Counted from the first letter of the stretch, positions 37,635 to 47,077 are shown. The stretch: 64,000 nt of DNA from an uncultured Candidatus Peribacteria bacterium (GCA_964506115.1 CAZDKI010000004.1:13280-77279); one strand, 5' to 3'. Program-made: numbers and translations. The notes: generated from the letters alone by a model not told the origin.

Positions 37635-40026
37635 TAAAGGATGGTTGGTGTCTTTATGTATTGTTCTAGTAGCATTGGGTAATAATGTTGCTTCAGTACA
37701 AGCTAGTGATTCATTTCCTGATGTCTCTGCTGAATATCAATTTAGTCAGAGTATTCAGGTTTTGAAGGATCGTCATATTGTACAGGGTTTTCCAGATGGT
37801 ACTTTTGGACCTAATCGCTTAATCACTCGTGCTGAACTGCTTAAGATTGCTTTAGAGGGAGCTGGTGTGGCTACTGCTAATTTTGCTCAAAAAAACTCAC
37901 CGTTTCCTGATGTGTCTGCCGGGCATAGTTTGAGACAATATGTGATTTATGCTCAAGAACAAAGTATAGTCAGTGGTTATCCTGATGGTACTTATCGTCC
38001 TGATGATCCTACTAGTCGTGGAGAGGCAATTAAGATGTTGCTTAATATCAATAATGTCGCTACGGCCAGTGGTGCAGCATTTACTTGGCAGTATCAAGAT
38101 GTCGATAATGAAGACCCTCTGGCTCGTTTTGTCTATGCGGCTCGTGATCAAAAGGTGATTCCTAATAAGTATAAAGTAAATACCTTGGGTATTGGGGACA
38201 AAATTACTCGTGGCGAAGTAGCGGAGATGATGTATCGTTTGCTGACTTTACGTGAACAACGTCTCAATCAATTTCCTGAAGTAACGCAAGATATTGCTGT
38301 GGTGGCTGGAGCGTATCCTACTACTACTTTTACTAATGTTACTTTACAAGCGACCTTGCCTAAGACCATGGTGGCGCATACTTATTATGCGATCAATGCT
38401 ACGACTTCAGCGAGTATGGTTAAGTTACTTTTACAGAATGAGGCTGGTAAGCAGTGGTTATGGGAGTACAAGCCAGATCAAGGTAAAGTACGCTTCGATC
38501 TCCAATTTCCAGATGCTGGTACTTATAAAGTAGCTATTATTGCTGACAATGTGACCAAGGCGGCGTCTGTACCAGTGGCTGTTCGTAGTAATTGGAATGA
38601 AGTTTTGACTGATCCCTTACCTGCAGTCACCAGCCCACAATTTGTGGCTGCTGAGACTAATTTGACTACTCTGTCTTGGACTGGTGAGAAGCAAAATGTG
38701 GTAGTGAAACTGGTATGTGAACAAGGATCAAAGTCTGTTGAGAGATTTATTGTTAGTCCTGATCAAAAATGGCAATTAGACTATCAAATATTTGCTGGTT
38801 TTGGAGAAGGTGCTGTTAATTGTCGCTTGGCCCAATCTCAATTTAACTCTAGTTTTAGTTTGACTAAACAATGGAGTCCTACTACTAACTGGTCTTTTGA
38901 TGCCATTGAACATCATTTCCGCACTTGGATAAAAAACAATATATCAGTAGATACTTTGCCACTTTTTACGCGCGCAAGTCAGCTTACATTTACGGGTAAA
39001 GCCAGTATCCCACTTTCCAACTTTGCAGCTGTAATCAACCCTGATGGTTCAGTAAAAGTATTTCCACTAGGTGAACCCGAAAGCCAAACATTTGCTTCCA
39101 ATAAGCCTTGGTCTTTGCCAGTAGATCTCAGTAAAGATGGCGTCTACTTCTTGGAAATCAATGATACTCAAGGTATTGCTGTCCTGAATACCCCTATTTA
39201 TAAAGTAACAGGTATTCCAGTACTGCCAGACTTTGTCGATATGCAATCAGGTCTAGTGATTGAGCAAAAGAGCACTATTACCGGTCAACAGAAACAAGCA
39301 ATGATGCAAGATCTAGTTACCAGGATCAATGCTGTGCGATCAGCACAAGGAAAGAATCCAGTAACTCTTGATAGTGATTTGAGTCGTTTTGCCCAAGCTC
39401 ATGCTGACGATATGGTCGCTCAAGATTATTTCTCTCACCGTGATCGTGCTGGCAAGGGACCAGATGAACGTAAATTGCCATTCAATATTCTGCAGCCAGT
39501 AGGGGAGAATATTGCTTTTAGTGTGGATATCCCTGATGTCGATGCTGGTCTCCGTCGTAGTGCGGTGCATTTACTTAATATTTTGGATTCACGTTGGTCT
39601 CGTGTCGGTATTGGTTTAGCTAGAGCAAAGGATGGTTTGTTGTATGCAGTGGAAGAGTTCTCTACGCGATCATTTATTGCCAGTCCTTTTACTGACACTG
39701 AAAAAGAACAGCTCGCTCAAAGAACTCTCGATCGTATCAATGTCAATCGCCAATCAGCTGGACTCAGTCCACTCTTACGTGGTACCGAATTCCGAGCAGC
39801 GATGTTGAGTTGGGCTACTGCGCCTAGGAGCACCAATCTCCGCACAGCTTTACTTGATGCCGGTTTAGGTCAAGGTAGACTACTTAGCTCAGAAGGTGAC
39901 TATTCAGCAAACTTACCAGCTGAGCTTGCTCTCCAAGCAGCTGTTTCTGAGACGTCTATTACTAGAATGGACATGGCTGTTAGTTTTGAAGGAGAAAAAA
40001 TGCTAGTAGCGGTACTTCTCTATTAA
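37612..40026 (+). CDS. secreted SLH-domain / CAP (SCP, YkwD-like) domain protein
   Basis: Signal/TM WLVSLCIVLVALG. SLH repeats FPDVSAEYQF...TRAELLKIAL and FPDVSAGHSL...SRGEAIKMLL. C-terminal CAP motif AQAHADDMVAQDYFSHRD...GENIAF. The ORF opens at 37516, but its first 32 codons are repeat sequence. Confidence 0.7.
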   Translation: MTDSIRNSKGWLVSLCIVLVALGNNVASVQASDSFPDVSAEYQFSQSIQVLKDRHIVQGFPDGTFGPNRLITRAELLKIALEGAGVATANFAQKNSPFPDVSAGHSLRQYVIYAQEQSIVSGYPDGTYRPDDPTSRGEAIKMLLNINNVATASGAAFTWQYQDVDNEDPLARFVYAARDQKVIPNKYKVNTLGIGDKITRGEVAEMMYRLLTLREQRLNQFPEVTQDIAVVAGAYPTTTFTNVTLQATLPKTMVAHTYYAINATTSASMVKLLLQNEAGKQWLWEYKPDQGKVRFDLQFPDAGTYKVAIIADNVTKAASVPVAVRSNWNEVLTDPLPAVTSPQFVAAETNLTTLSWTGEKQNVVVKLVCEQGSKSVERFIVSPDQKWQLDYQIFAGFGEGAVNCRLAQSQFNSSFSLTKQWSPTTNWSFDAIEHHFRTWIKNNISVDTLPLFTRASQLTFTGKASIPLSNFAAVINPDGSVKVFPLGEPESQTFASNKPWSLPVDLSKDGVYFLEINDTQGIAVLNTPIYKVTGIPVLPDFVDMQSGLVIEQKSTITGQQKQAMMQDLVTRINAVRSAQGKNPVTLDSDLSRFAQAHADDMVAQDYFSHRDRAGKGPDERKLPFNILQPVGENIAFSVDIPDVDAGLRRSAVHLLNILDSRWSRVGIGLARAKDGLLYAVEEFSTRSFIASPFTDTEKEQLAQRTLDRINVNRQSAGLSPLLRGTEFRAAMLSWATAPRSTNLRTALLDAGLGQGRLLSSEGDYSANLPAELALQAAVSETSITRMDMAVSFEGEKMLVAVLLY

Positions 40027-40027
40027 T

Positions 40028-40209
40028 AATTGCGAAGTGCGAATGGCGAATTTTAGGCATGAGACTTCATAATTCAATCGAACTTTATGTCTGCCGGATC
40101 CTTCGACTTCACAGCGTTACGTTCAGGATGAATTGATAGGCTATTGGTGCTTTCCTGAAACTCCAGTGCTTATCAAACTCTCAACTTTCCACTTTCAATT
40201 TTCAACTTC
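40028..40209 (+). repeat. composite intergenic element, full copy
   Basis: aattgcgaagtgcgaatggcgaatttt (40028-40054), cttcataattc, ggatccttcgacttcacagcgttacgttcaggatgaatt (40096-40134) and aactctcaactttccactttcaattttcaacttc (40176-40209). Module-by-module match to the reverse complement of 44503-44680. Confidence 0.7.
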
Positions 40210-40214
40210 ATTCA

Positions 40215-41282
40215 ATGGGCAAACTATCTTATTCAGCACTGGAGACATTTCGTACCTGTCCTTTGAAATATAAGTTTGCTTATATTGATAAGATTCCTGT
40301 GACTCAAAGTGGAGTGATGCAGTTTGGCTCTTTGATCCATAAAGTAATGGAAGAGCTCTACGCCCATCAGATGTTGCCCATTAGTAAAGAAGAGCTGATT
40401 CATCTATTTAGTGCTCAATGGAAGCCGAAGCTTTATAAAGACGAGTATCAAGCACAATCTGATTTTGAATCTGGCGTCGCTATCGTTGAACGTGAATGGG
40501 AGAAGAAACAAGCTCAACCTGAACCAGTTACTATCGCTCGGGAGAAATACTTTTTGTTACCAATAGCTGAAGGTTTTGATCTTTCTGGTCGTATCGATCG
40601 TATTGATAAAATTGGTGATAATAGTTTGGAGATTATTGATTATAAAACTGGGAGGACCGTCCCTAGTGAAGCGGAAGTGCGGAATAATTTACAGTTGTCG
40701 ATTTATTATTTTGCTTTATTGAAGCTTTGGCCTAGTACACAGCAAGTAACTCTTTCTTTGTATTATTTACGGCCTGATATGAAGGTTAGTTTCGTAGCAG
40801 AGCCTGACTTGCTCGAACAGGCGAAAGAAACCTTGCGTGATTTAGTAGAGCAAATTCGCACTACCAATTATGCGCCAACCCCTGGAAGACATTGTGACTA
40901 CTGTGATTTTAGGCCTCATTGTCCGATGATGAAGCATAGCAGTGATGCACAAGCTAGACCTGATGATCCTGTAGTTGTCGAAGGCAGTTTTTTAGCTGAT
41001 CGTTATTTAGCTTTGATGAATGAAAAACGTACTCTTACTGAACAAGTCGACGCTACCAAAGAAGCGATTGGCCAGTATTTAGATGCTACTGGTTATGCGC
41101 AGCTGTCCGGTAAACAGGGAGCTGTCCGTCGCATTGTGACCAAGACAAAACGATTGCAGGGGAAAAAGGTTCAAGAGTATTTGGCTAGTCAAAATGTATT
41201 GGAGCAGTTTGTCGAAACGAGTGAGTCTACTAGACTAATAGCACAGGAAAAGAAGATCCCTGATATCGAAGAAATTGTATGA
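40215..41282 (+). CDS. PD-(D/E)XK nuclease with Cas4/AddB-type Fe-S cysteines
   Basis: N-terminal TCPLKYKF. GRIDRIDKIGDNSLEIIDYKTGR (D...ExK). QLSIYYFAL (QxxxY). CDYCDFRPHCP completes a C...CxxCx5C set. Confidence 0.75.
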   Translation: MGKLSYSALETFRTCPLKYKFAYIDKIPVTQSGVMQFGSLIHKVMEELYAHQMLPISKEELIHLFSAQWKPKLYKDEYQAQSDFESGVAIVEREWEKKQAQPEPVTIAREKYFLLPIAEGFDLSGRIDRIDKIGDNSLEIIDYKTGRTVPSEAEVRNNLQLSIYYFALLKLWPSTQQVTLSLYYLRPDMKVSFVAEPDLLEQAKETLRDLVEQIRTTNYAPTPGRHCDYCDFRPHCPMMKHSSDAQARPDDPVVVEGSFLADRYLALMNEKRTLTEQVDATKEAIGQYLDATGYAQLSGKQGAVRRIVTKTKRLQGKKVQEYLASQNVLEQFVETSESTRLIAQEKKIPDIEEIV

Positions 41283-42202
41283 AATTGCTGATTTATGGTG
41301 ATGATACTGCTTTAGTAGCTACGAGAATTCTGGAATTGAAACAGCACTTTCTTAAAAATAATAGCGACAGTGAAGTAATAGCGATCCGGGCTGATGATAT
41401 GCCCGAGCCAGAACAAGTAGTAGACATGTTTGCTACTCAGCCACTCTGGGGAGGGAAGAAATGTTTTATCTTGCATGGTTTTCTCTCGCAGTCGTGGAAA
41501 GGGGAATATCAACCAATATGGGACTGGATAGAAGCAATGCCCACTGATCATGTCTTGTTCTTCGTGGAGTATGCCAATGATGCTGCTACTAAAATTAAGC
41601 GGGTGGTAAAATGGCTAGAGTCAGGTGAACTGACTACTAAGCTGATGTTTGCTTGTGCCAAGGGTAAAGGGATTAAATCTGGACTAAAATTAACAGCGTC
41701 ACAACAGAATTATTTAGATCAAGTGTATAGCCTAGATCCATTGATGGCTTATCAAGAGCTACGTAAAGCACATCTGCTCACTGATGCCAATCGTAGTGAT
41801 TTAATTGATGCTGTTTTTAATCAACCAGAATTTTCTACTTCGATTTTCCGTCTTACTGATACAGTATTTGCCCGTAATGCTGCTGGTGCGTTGGCTACAG
41901 TGCAAGATTTATTGGCTCAAGGTGAAAATGAATTTATGCTACTGAGTATGTTGATTGGTCATATCAAAAAAATAGTCTTTATTCTGGATGCTGAGAGTCA
42001 AGGGGGGGCTAGTCAGGATGTGCTCAAGAAACTGAAAGTCCATCCTTTTGTAGCCAAGAATTTAATGAAACAAAAAACTTTATTTCGTCTGGATCAAGCC
42101 AAGCAGTGGCTACAAATATTACTAGAAGTCGATTTGCAATCTAAGCAGGGGAAAGTAGATGCCAAAGTAGCTCTAGAGCAGTTTTGTGTTAGTATAGGAT
42201 AG
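41279..42202 (+). CDS. holA: DNA polymerase III delta subunit-like (HolA)
   Basis: Size, N-terminal LIYGDD, and helical C-terminal part (LLSMLIGHIKKIVFI) resemble HolA. Overlaps the nuclease gene stop. Moderate call. Confidence 0.55.
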   Translation: MKLLIYGDDTALVATRILELKQHFLKNNSDSEVIAIRADDMPEPEQVVDMFATQPLWGGKKCFILHGFLSQSWKGEYQPIWDWIEAMPTDHVLFFVEYANDAATKIKRVVKWLESGELTTKLMFACAKGKGIKSGLKLTASQQNYLDQVYSLDPLMAYQELRKAHLLTDANRSDLIDAVFNQPEFSTSIFRLTDTVFARNAAGALATVQDLLAQGENEFMLLSMLIGHIKKIVFILDAESQGGASQDVLKKLKVHPFVAKNLMKQKTLFRLDQAKQWLQILLEVDLQSKQGKVDAKVALEQFCVSIG

Positions 42203-42220
42203 GCTTATATATTGAGATTT

Positions 42221-42607
42221 ATGCTGCAGAAGAAGTGGCAAGAACATTTATCGATGCGGGCCTTATTAGGAGTCTGTATAGCACTAGCTATTTATCAGAT
42301 GTACACCTATGCGGTCAAAAGCTATCAAGATTTTCAAATCAATCAGCAGATTCACCAAAGTGAAGAGGAGATTGCTAATTTGGAGCGAGACAATCGCGCA
42401 ATGCAGGAGTATTTGAAGTTTTTGGATACCGAAACGTACAAAGAAAAAGAGGCAAAGCGCATTAAAAATGTACAGAATCCTGGTGAAGAAGTCTTTGTAA
42501 TTAAGCAAGCAGGTTTAGAAAAGGTACAGTCGGTAGAGGATCAAGCTGCTCAGAGCTGGCAAGATCTGACTCCTCAGCAGAAATGGTGGCGATTTTTCTT
42601 ACGTTAA
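42221..42607 (+). CDS. septum formation initiator (FtsB/DivIC-like)
   Basis: Single TM LLGVCIALAIYQMY followed by coiled coil EEEIANLERDNRAMQEYLKFL. Confidence 0.55.
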   Translation: MLQKKWQEHLSMRALLGVCIALAIYQMYTYAVKSYQDFQINQQIHQSEEEIANLERDNRAMQEYLKFLDTETYKEKEAKRIKNVQNPGEEVFVIKQAGLEKVQSVEDQAAQSWQDLTPQQKWWRFFLR

Positions 42608-42615
42608 TTTGATTT

Positions 42616-43788
42616 ATGAACACTCCGCATGTGGTTTTGAAAATGGGTAGAGAACAGTCAGTACTCAAGTCCCATCCGTGGATTTTCTCTGGTGGTATTG
42701 CCCAAGTAGCTGCCAATAATGGTGATATTGTGGACATCTATGATGGTAGACAGACATGGTTAGCAAAAGGCTATTATCATAGTAAAAATACGATTGCTTG
42801 TCGGATTCTTACTCGTAAACCTGATGAACAAATTGATGAGGTTTGGTTACTCAATCGTCTCCGATCTGCTTATGAAAGAAGAAGAGAATTCCTCACCAAT
42901 ACTAATGCTTATCGCTTAATCTTTGGTGAAGCAGATGAATTGCCTGGTTTGATTGTAGATATTTATGATCAAGTAGCGGTGATTCAGATTTCTACTTTGG
43001 GCATGGACCAGTTTCGTCAGCGTTTAGTAGATCTTTTACCAAAAGTACTTGATCTGGTAGCAATTTATGAACGTAGTGACATTGATGGTCGTTCAATTGA
43101 AGGATTAAAAGAAGCAAAAGGGTTATTGTGGGGGGAGTTGCCACAGGTACTAACTATTTTTGAAGGACAAGCTCGATTTGTGGTAGATGTGGAACATGGT
43201 CAAAAAACAGGATTCTTTTTGGATCAACGTGCTAACCGCCAAGGGATTGGGCAGTATGTAAAAGGGAAAAAAGTATTGAATACATTTTCGTATACTGGTG
43301 CTTTTAGCATTCATGCTGGTTTAGCTGGTGCTAAAGAGATCACTTCAGTAGATAGTTCACGAGCAGCGATTGATCAGTGCAAGCTGAATATGGGAATGAA
43401 TGAGATTGTGAGTACTCATTATGAAGTGTGTGAAGATGTGTTTCATTATCTCAAAGTAGTTGATCAGAAATTTGATGTGATTATTTTGGATCCTCCCGGT
43501 ATGGTGAAATCTAAAAAAGATCTGCAAGCGGGGACGAATGCTTATCGTGTACTACATCAATTAGCTTTGAAGAAATTATTGCCAGGTGGCATTTTGATTA
43601 CTTCATCGTGTTCTGGTTGGGTAGACCGATTACTCTTCCATAAGCTCGTATTCTGGGCTTGTGAAAAAGAAGGATTGAATCTCCGCATGATTGAAGAACA
43701 TGGACATACTTGGGATCATCCACTTTCCATTTTCTTTCCAGAAGGAGAATACCTTAAATATGCTGTGTATCAGCAACCACAGAGTTAG
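42616..43788 (+). CDS. rlmI: class I SAM-dependent rRNA methyltransferase (RlmI/RlmK-like, PUA N-domain)
   Basis: HPWIFSGGI N-terminal PUA-like start. GLIVDIYDQVAVIQ. SAM motif VLNTFSYTGAFS. DPPGMVKSKKD. Confidence 0.75.
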   Translation: MNTPHVVLKMGREQSVLKSHPWIFSGGIAQVAANNGDIVDIYDGRQTWLAKGYYHSKNTIACRILTRKPDEQIDEVWLLNRLRSAYERRREFLTNTNAYRLIFGEADELPGLIVDIYDQVAVIQISTLGMDQFRQRLVDLLPKVLDLVAIYERSDIDGRSIEGLKEAKGLLWGELPQVLTIFEGQARFVVDVEHGQKTGFFLDQRANRQGIGQYVKGKKVLNTFSYTGAFSIHAGLAGAKEITSVDSSRAAIDQCKLNMGMNEIVSTHYEVCEDVFHYLKVVDQKFDVIILDPPGMVKSKKDLQAGTNAYRVLHQLALKKLLPGGILITSSCSGWVDRLLFHKLVFWACEKEGLNLRMIEEHGHTWDHPLSIFFPEGEYLKYAVYQQPQS

Positions 43789-43918
43789 TTTTTAGTTCAA
43801 CCAATAAACATTATCTTTCGGTTGATTCGCTGTTACGAACCAATGTTGTTTTTTGTCCAATACTATTCTTTGGTTCGTCGACTAGCTTTCGGTACAGTAA
43901 CATCCTTACCAAAATTCT

Positions 43919-44119
43919 ATGTCTATGCGTCCAGGTGAAGGTAATGAAAGTGGTTTATCTCGTACAGGTCAGCAACCGTGGCATCGTATGGAAAATCGTT
44001 CTGGATTACAGCACGAAATTTTTCGCAGAAGGATGTTGGAACATACTACGGTCACTCGTGCTAGATTCTTAGCTGTACACCGACGCACTTTGAGCAGACA
44101 AGGATCTAGAAGAAGTTAG
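43919..44119 (+). CDS. small Arg-rich ORF, doubtful
   Basis: 66-aa ORF, very basic, no homology I recognise. It follows a structured 130-nt spacer, and a heptad array starts 7 nt after its stop. Confidence 0.2.
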   Translation: MSMRPGEGNESGLSRTGQQPWHRMENRSGLQHEIFRRRMLEHTTVTRARFLAVHRRTLSRQGSRRS

Positions 44120-44125
44120 ACTCTA

Positions 44126-44318
44126 GTTGAAAGTTGAAAGTTTCTTTAGCTAGATGGTTCTATTAAGGACTACCAACTAATTCATCCTGAGCGAAACGAA
44201 GTGGAGTCGAAGGATCTGGCTGGTTTATAGTTATTCCAAACAAAGTATCGGCCGGATGCTTCGACAGGCTCAGCATGGATTTATTGTGCATGTCACCCTG
44301 AGAGTAATCGAAGAGCTG
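44126..44318. repeat. heptad array plus three GGATCC/CAGGATGA-type modules (mixed orientation)
   Basis: gttgaaagttgaaagtttc (44126-44144), aattcatcctgagcgaaacgaagtggagtcgaaggatc (44179-44216), degenerate ggatgcttcgacaggctcagcatgga (44254-44279) and tcaccctgagagtaatcgaagagctg (44293-44318). Confidence 0.6.
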
Positions 44319-44353
44319 CACTCTAAATCCTGAATTTTTGTGTACAACAAAAT

Positions 44354-44429
44354 TGGTTGCGGGGGCTGGACTCGAACCAGCGACCTCAAGGTTATGAGCC
44401 TTGCGAGCTGCCAACTGCTCTACCCCGCG
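44354..44429 (-). tRNA. tRNA-Met (anticodon CAU), initiator-like C1xA72 acceptor end, CCA encoded
   Basis: The reverse complement reads CGCGGGG-TAGAGCAGTTGGCAGCTC-G-CAAGG-CTCATAA-CCTTG-AGGTC-GCTGG-TTCGAGT-CCAGC-CCCCGCA-A-CCA. Confidence 0.9.
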
Positions 44430-44502
44430 TCAGGTATTAATTGCTTCTGCAATCGACTGCATTGTACTCACTTCCAATAAATCTGCAAGCATTGGAGCTC
44501 AC

Positions 44503-44680
44503 GTTGAAAGTTGAAAATTGAAAGTTTTGCAAGCATAGGGGGGCATCTTGAGATCACCAATCAATTCATCCTGAACGGAACGGAGTGGAGTTGAATGATC
44601 TGGCTGACATGCAACTCGGGAGAATTATGAAGCCAGGTGCCCGTGGCCAAAATTCGTCATTCGCACTTCGCAATTCGCGG
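44503..44680 (-). repeat. composite intergenic element, full copy (reverse orientation)
   Basis: gttgaaagttgaaaattgaaagttttgc (44503-44530), aattcatcctgaacggaacggagtggagttgaatgatc (44563-44600), gaattatgaag, and aaaattcgtcattcgcacttcgcaattcgcgg (44649-44680). Confidence 0.7.
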
Positions 44681-44744
44681 TAGTGAGATTGCGTTTCTGG
44701 AAAGAATGAACTAATTTAGTGCATCGATAACTACTATTTATTTT

Positions 44745-46079
44745 ATGTCTGACCCATCAAAAATTGAAGGAGTTCCTAATGAAACTCCAAAAGAATTGTC
44801 TTTAGCTTCCGGTGCTAGAGCTGAGGTGAAGGCTGTACTAAGAGAACCTGTTACGTCTTTTGAAATCGCAGAACTATCTTCAATGTCTCCTCAATTAAGA
44901 AGGATCCTAGGTCGATCTGTATACGCGGTAAAATCAGTAGCTGAGGAGGGTGAAAAAGAAGTAGGTTTAGAGTATCAAACCTCTATGATGATTCATGGAA
45001 GGGCTGTACCAGGTATGGTGAGAATAATAGGAACTATGTTAGATAAATCTGGTGCTCCTAGGAAAATTATTCTAGGTTTCTATAGTGTCCGAGGTGTTAT
45101 TACAGTACAAGATGCAAACCTCGGCTCAGGAGGAACTACTGATGCTCCTTGGCTAAGTTTGTGTTTTGAACCCAATGCACGTGTAAAAGCAACTACTAAT
45201 ACTTTAGGCACTGCTCTGCTTGAAGGAATGACCAGTGTGCTGCCATTTAAAGAGTTTACTGATGCTGATGATGTTGGTCCTGAGCTTAATTTTTTAGGTA
45301 ACGAGCTTTTGAATTCTAGCTCAGCTTTTGAGAATGATACTGGAGGGACTGAGGCTAGTGAAGATCCAGAATATATTCCGGTGGCCGGTCTATCTGGCGA
45401 TGCAATGATTCCATTAAATGATGGTCTTTATGATTGTAGAATCCATGTGGATTTTGAGTCATTTAATGCTCAAGATAGAAAAGCACGAGTATGTACTATC
45501 GGTGTGAGAAGCAGAGATCAATCACATTGGCTTACTATTAGTTATTCTAGTGTTAGAGATGCTGTGGTTGTCGGTGGTTCCGATCTCAGTTCAAAACAAA
45601 TTAAAGATATTGTGGGAGCTGTTGCTGAATTTGCTGGTATCTCTATCGCACGAGCGCGCACCGTACCAGTAAGAAGAATGACTCATTTTGGTACTACCGA
45701 AGCAACTCCTGCTGAGTTAGATGCGATGAAGTTAGGTTTGTCAGTGAGAGCAATCAAAGCCTTGATGACGAAGTATGAGTCATCTTTTCAGGCTAGAGGA
45801 GAAGGGGCGGGTGTTTCTAAGAAAGTTATGACAAAGCGAGGAGAATATACGGTGGTGGTAGCACCTCATCGATACCAATCTATTCAACCTAAAGTAGGTT
45901 CTAGTGGTGTTAATACTACGAGTACAGTTGGAGTTTTATTTCACTTTGCTCCAGTTGCTGATGCAAATAAACTAGCAAGTGTATTTATTCCTACCGATGC
46001 CCTAAGAAGCGGAACCGTACGATTCTCTGGGCGTGTAGTGAATGTTGCTTTGTTTAATGAAATCTTTCTTACGAGCTAA
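44745..46079 (+). CDS. hypothetical protein (island gene 1)
   Basis: 444-aa ORF, no signal peptide or TM, no recognisable motif. Ala/Val/Gly/Arg-rich. Confidence 0.6.
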   Translation: MSDPSKIEGVPNETPKELSLASGARAEVKAVLREPVTSFEIAELSSMSPQLRRILGRSVYAVKSVAEEGEKEVGLEYQTSMMIHGRAVPGMVRIIGTMLDKSGAPRKIILGFYSVRGVITVQDANLGSGGTTDAPWLSLCFEPNARVKATTNTLGTALLEGMTSVLPFKEFTDADDVGPELNFLGNELLNSSSAFENDTGGTEASEDPEYIPVAGLSGDAMIPLNDGLYDCRIHVDFESFNAQDRKARVCTIGVRSRDQSHWLTISYSSVRDAVVVGGSDLSSKQIKDIVGAVAEFAGISIARARTVPVRRMTHFGTTEATPAELDAMKLGLSVRAIKALMTKYESSFQARGEGAGVSKKVMTKRGEYTVVVAPHRYQSIQPKVGSSGVNTTSTVGVLFHFAPVADANKLASVFIPTDALRSGTVRFSGRVVNVALFNEIFLTS

Positions 46080-46099
46080 AATTCGTCAATAATTACTAT

Positions 46100-47062
46100 A
46101 TGGGAATAGATAAAATGCGTGGAAGGCATGTATTAGAGCCAGGGACTATCAAGCTTATTTCATGTGAAGATAGTTTGAGGCAGGTTCTATTTGATATCCA
46201 TTGGCAAATTTATAAAGCGCTTGGTAAAGATCGACAGACTTTGGCCTTCTCTGTGGCTGTAGATGGAATCGTATATGGTGTCACTGCTACCAGAACCCCA
46301 GCTGGTATTACTTGTACGATGATTGCTTTTTTTAACAATGCAAGATCTGGAATTTCTTGGCCTCCCATGCAGTATGTGCTGGAAAGGCCTTATATGCTTA
46401 ATGATATACCTGCAGCATTTAACTTTGCAGACTTTTCTAAAGAAGTCATCAGTGTTCTTGACCCTCATCCTTTATCTGCACCAAGGAGAAGATATGAATC
46501 TGTTTACGGTCCAGATCTTGAAGGCCCTGCGGATTTAGAGGCGGTGTTGGCTGAAGCTAAAAAATTAGCCGCTGATGTTCAGGAAAAAGGTCCTGCTCCA
46601 GCTGAAACTATTGGTGTCGGGACAACTCCTGCTCGGGAGCGTCGGCCTGTATATATTCCTGCTTTGCAACATCCCACAGAATCTGTAGCAGAGGCCAGAA
46701 GGCAGATAAGAGCGCGTATACATACAGCTTTTTCTACTCCAAGTGTTAAGGAAAAAAAAACGGTCATAATTGACGACTATTGGGCTATAAAAGCTATAGA
46801 TCTTCTTTACGAACAGAGGCTGGAGTTTCGGGCAAGAGATCCACGTGTTCCGTTTCGTAGACATAGGTTAGCAACAGGCTGGCATGTGCTTTACGTTACA
46901 GCTACAAATGAGGGCTTGTGGATTTATGCTGGTCCTGAAGGTTTTCAGCATCAAAACAGAATATTTATCCCTGACCAATTACAGACATGTCATGTGAAAA
47001 TTCCACTAAATCCTCCCTGGAAGTTGATTGCAGATATGATAGGTGTAGATTTAAAAAAGTAA
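46100..47062 (+). CDS. hypothetical protein (island gene 2)
   Basis: 320-aa ORF starting 20 nt after gene 1. No recognisable motif. Confidence 0.6.
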   Translation: MGIDKMRGRHVLEPGTIKLISCEDSLRQVLFDIHWQIYKALGKDRQTLAFSVAVDGIVYGVTATRTPAGITCTMIAFFNNARSGISWPPMQYVLERPYMLNDIPAAFNFADFSKEVISVLDPHPLSAPRRRYESVYGPDLEGPADLEAVLAEAKKLAADVQEKGPAPAETIGVGTTPARERRPVYIPALQHPTESVAEARRQIRARIHTAFSTPSVKEKKTVIIDDYWAIKAIDLLYEQRLEFRARDPRVPFRRHRLATGWHVLYVTATNEGLWIYAGPEGFQHQNRIFIPDQLQTCHVKIPLNPPWKLIADMIGVDLKK

Positions 47063-47077
47063 CTTAACGCTTTCTCT

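Noticed and set aside
44163-44414. 83-aa minus-strand ORF.
   Set aside because: It overlaps the tRNA-Met gene and consists of translated repeat modules (...PSTPLRFAQDELV...). This is the typical mis-annotation of this repeat type.
44126-44680. Possible CRISPR array suggested by the repeated short words around tRNA-Met.
   Set aside because: The repeat period is 7 nt with degenerate units. There are no 25-40 nt direct repeats separated by unique spacers. No cas genes are present apart from a stand-alone Cas4-like nuclease 3 kb away.
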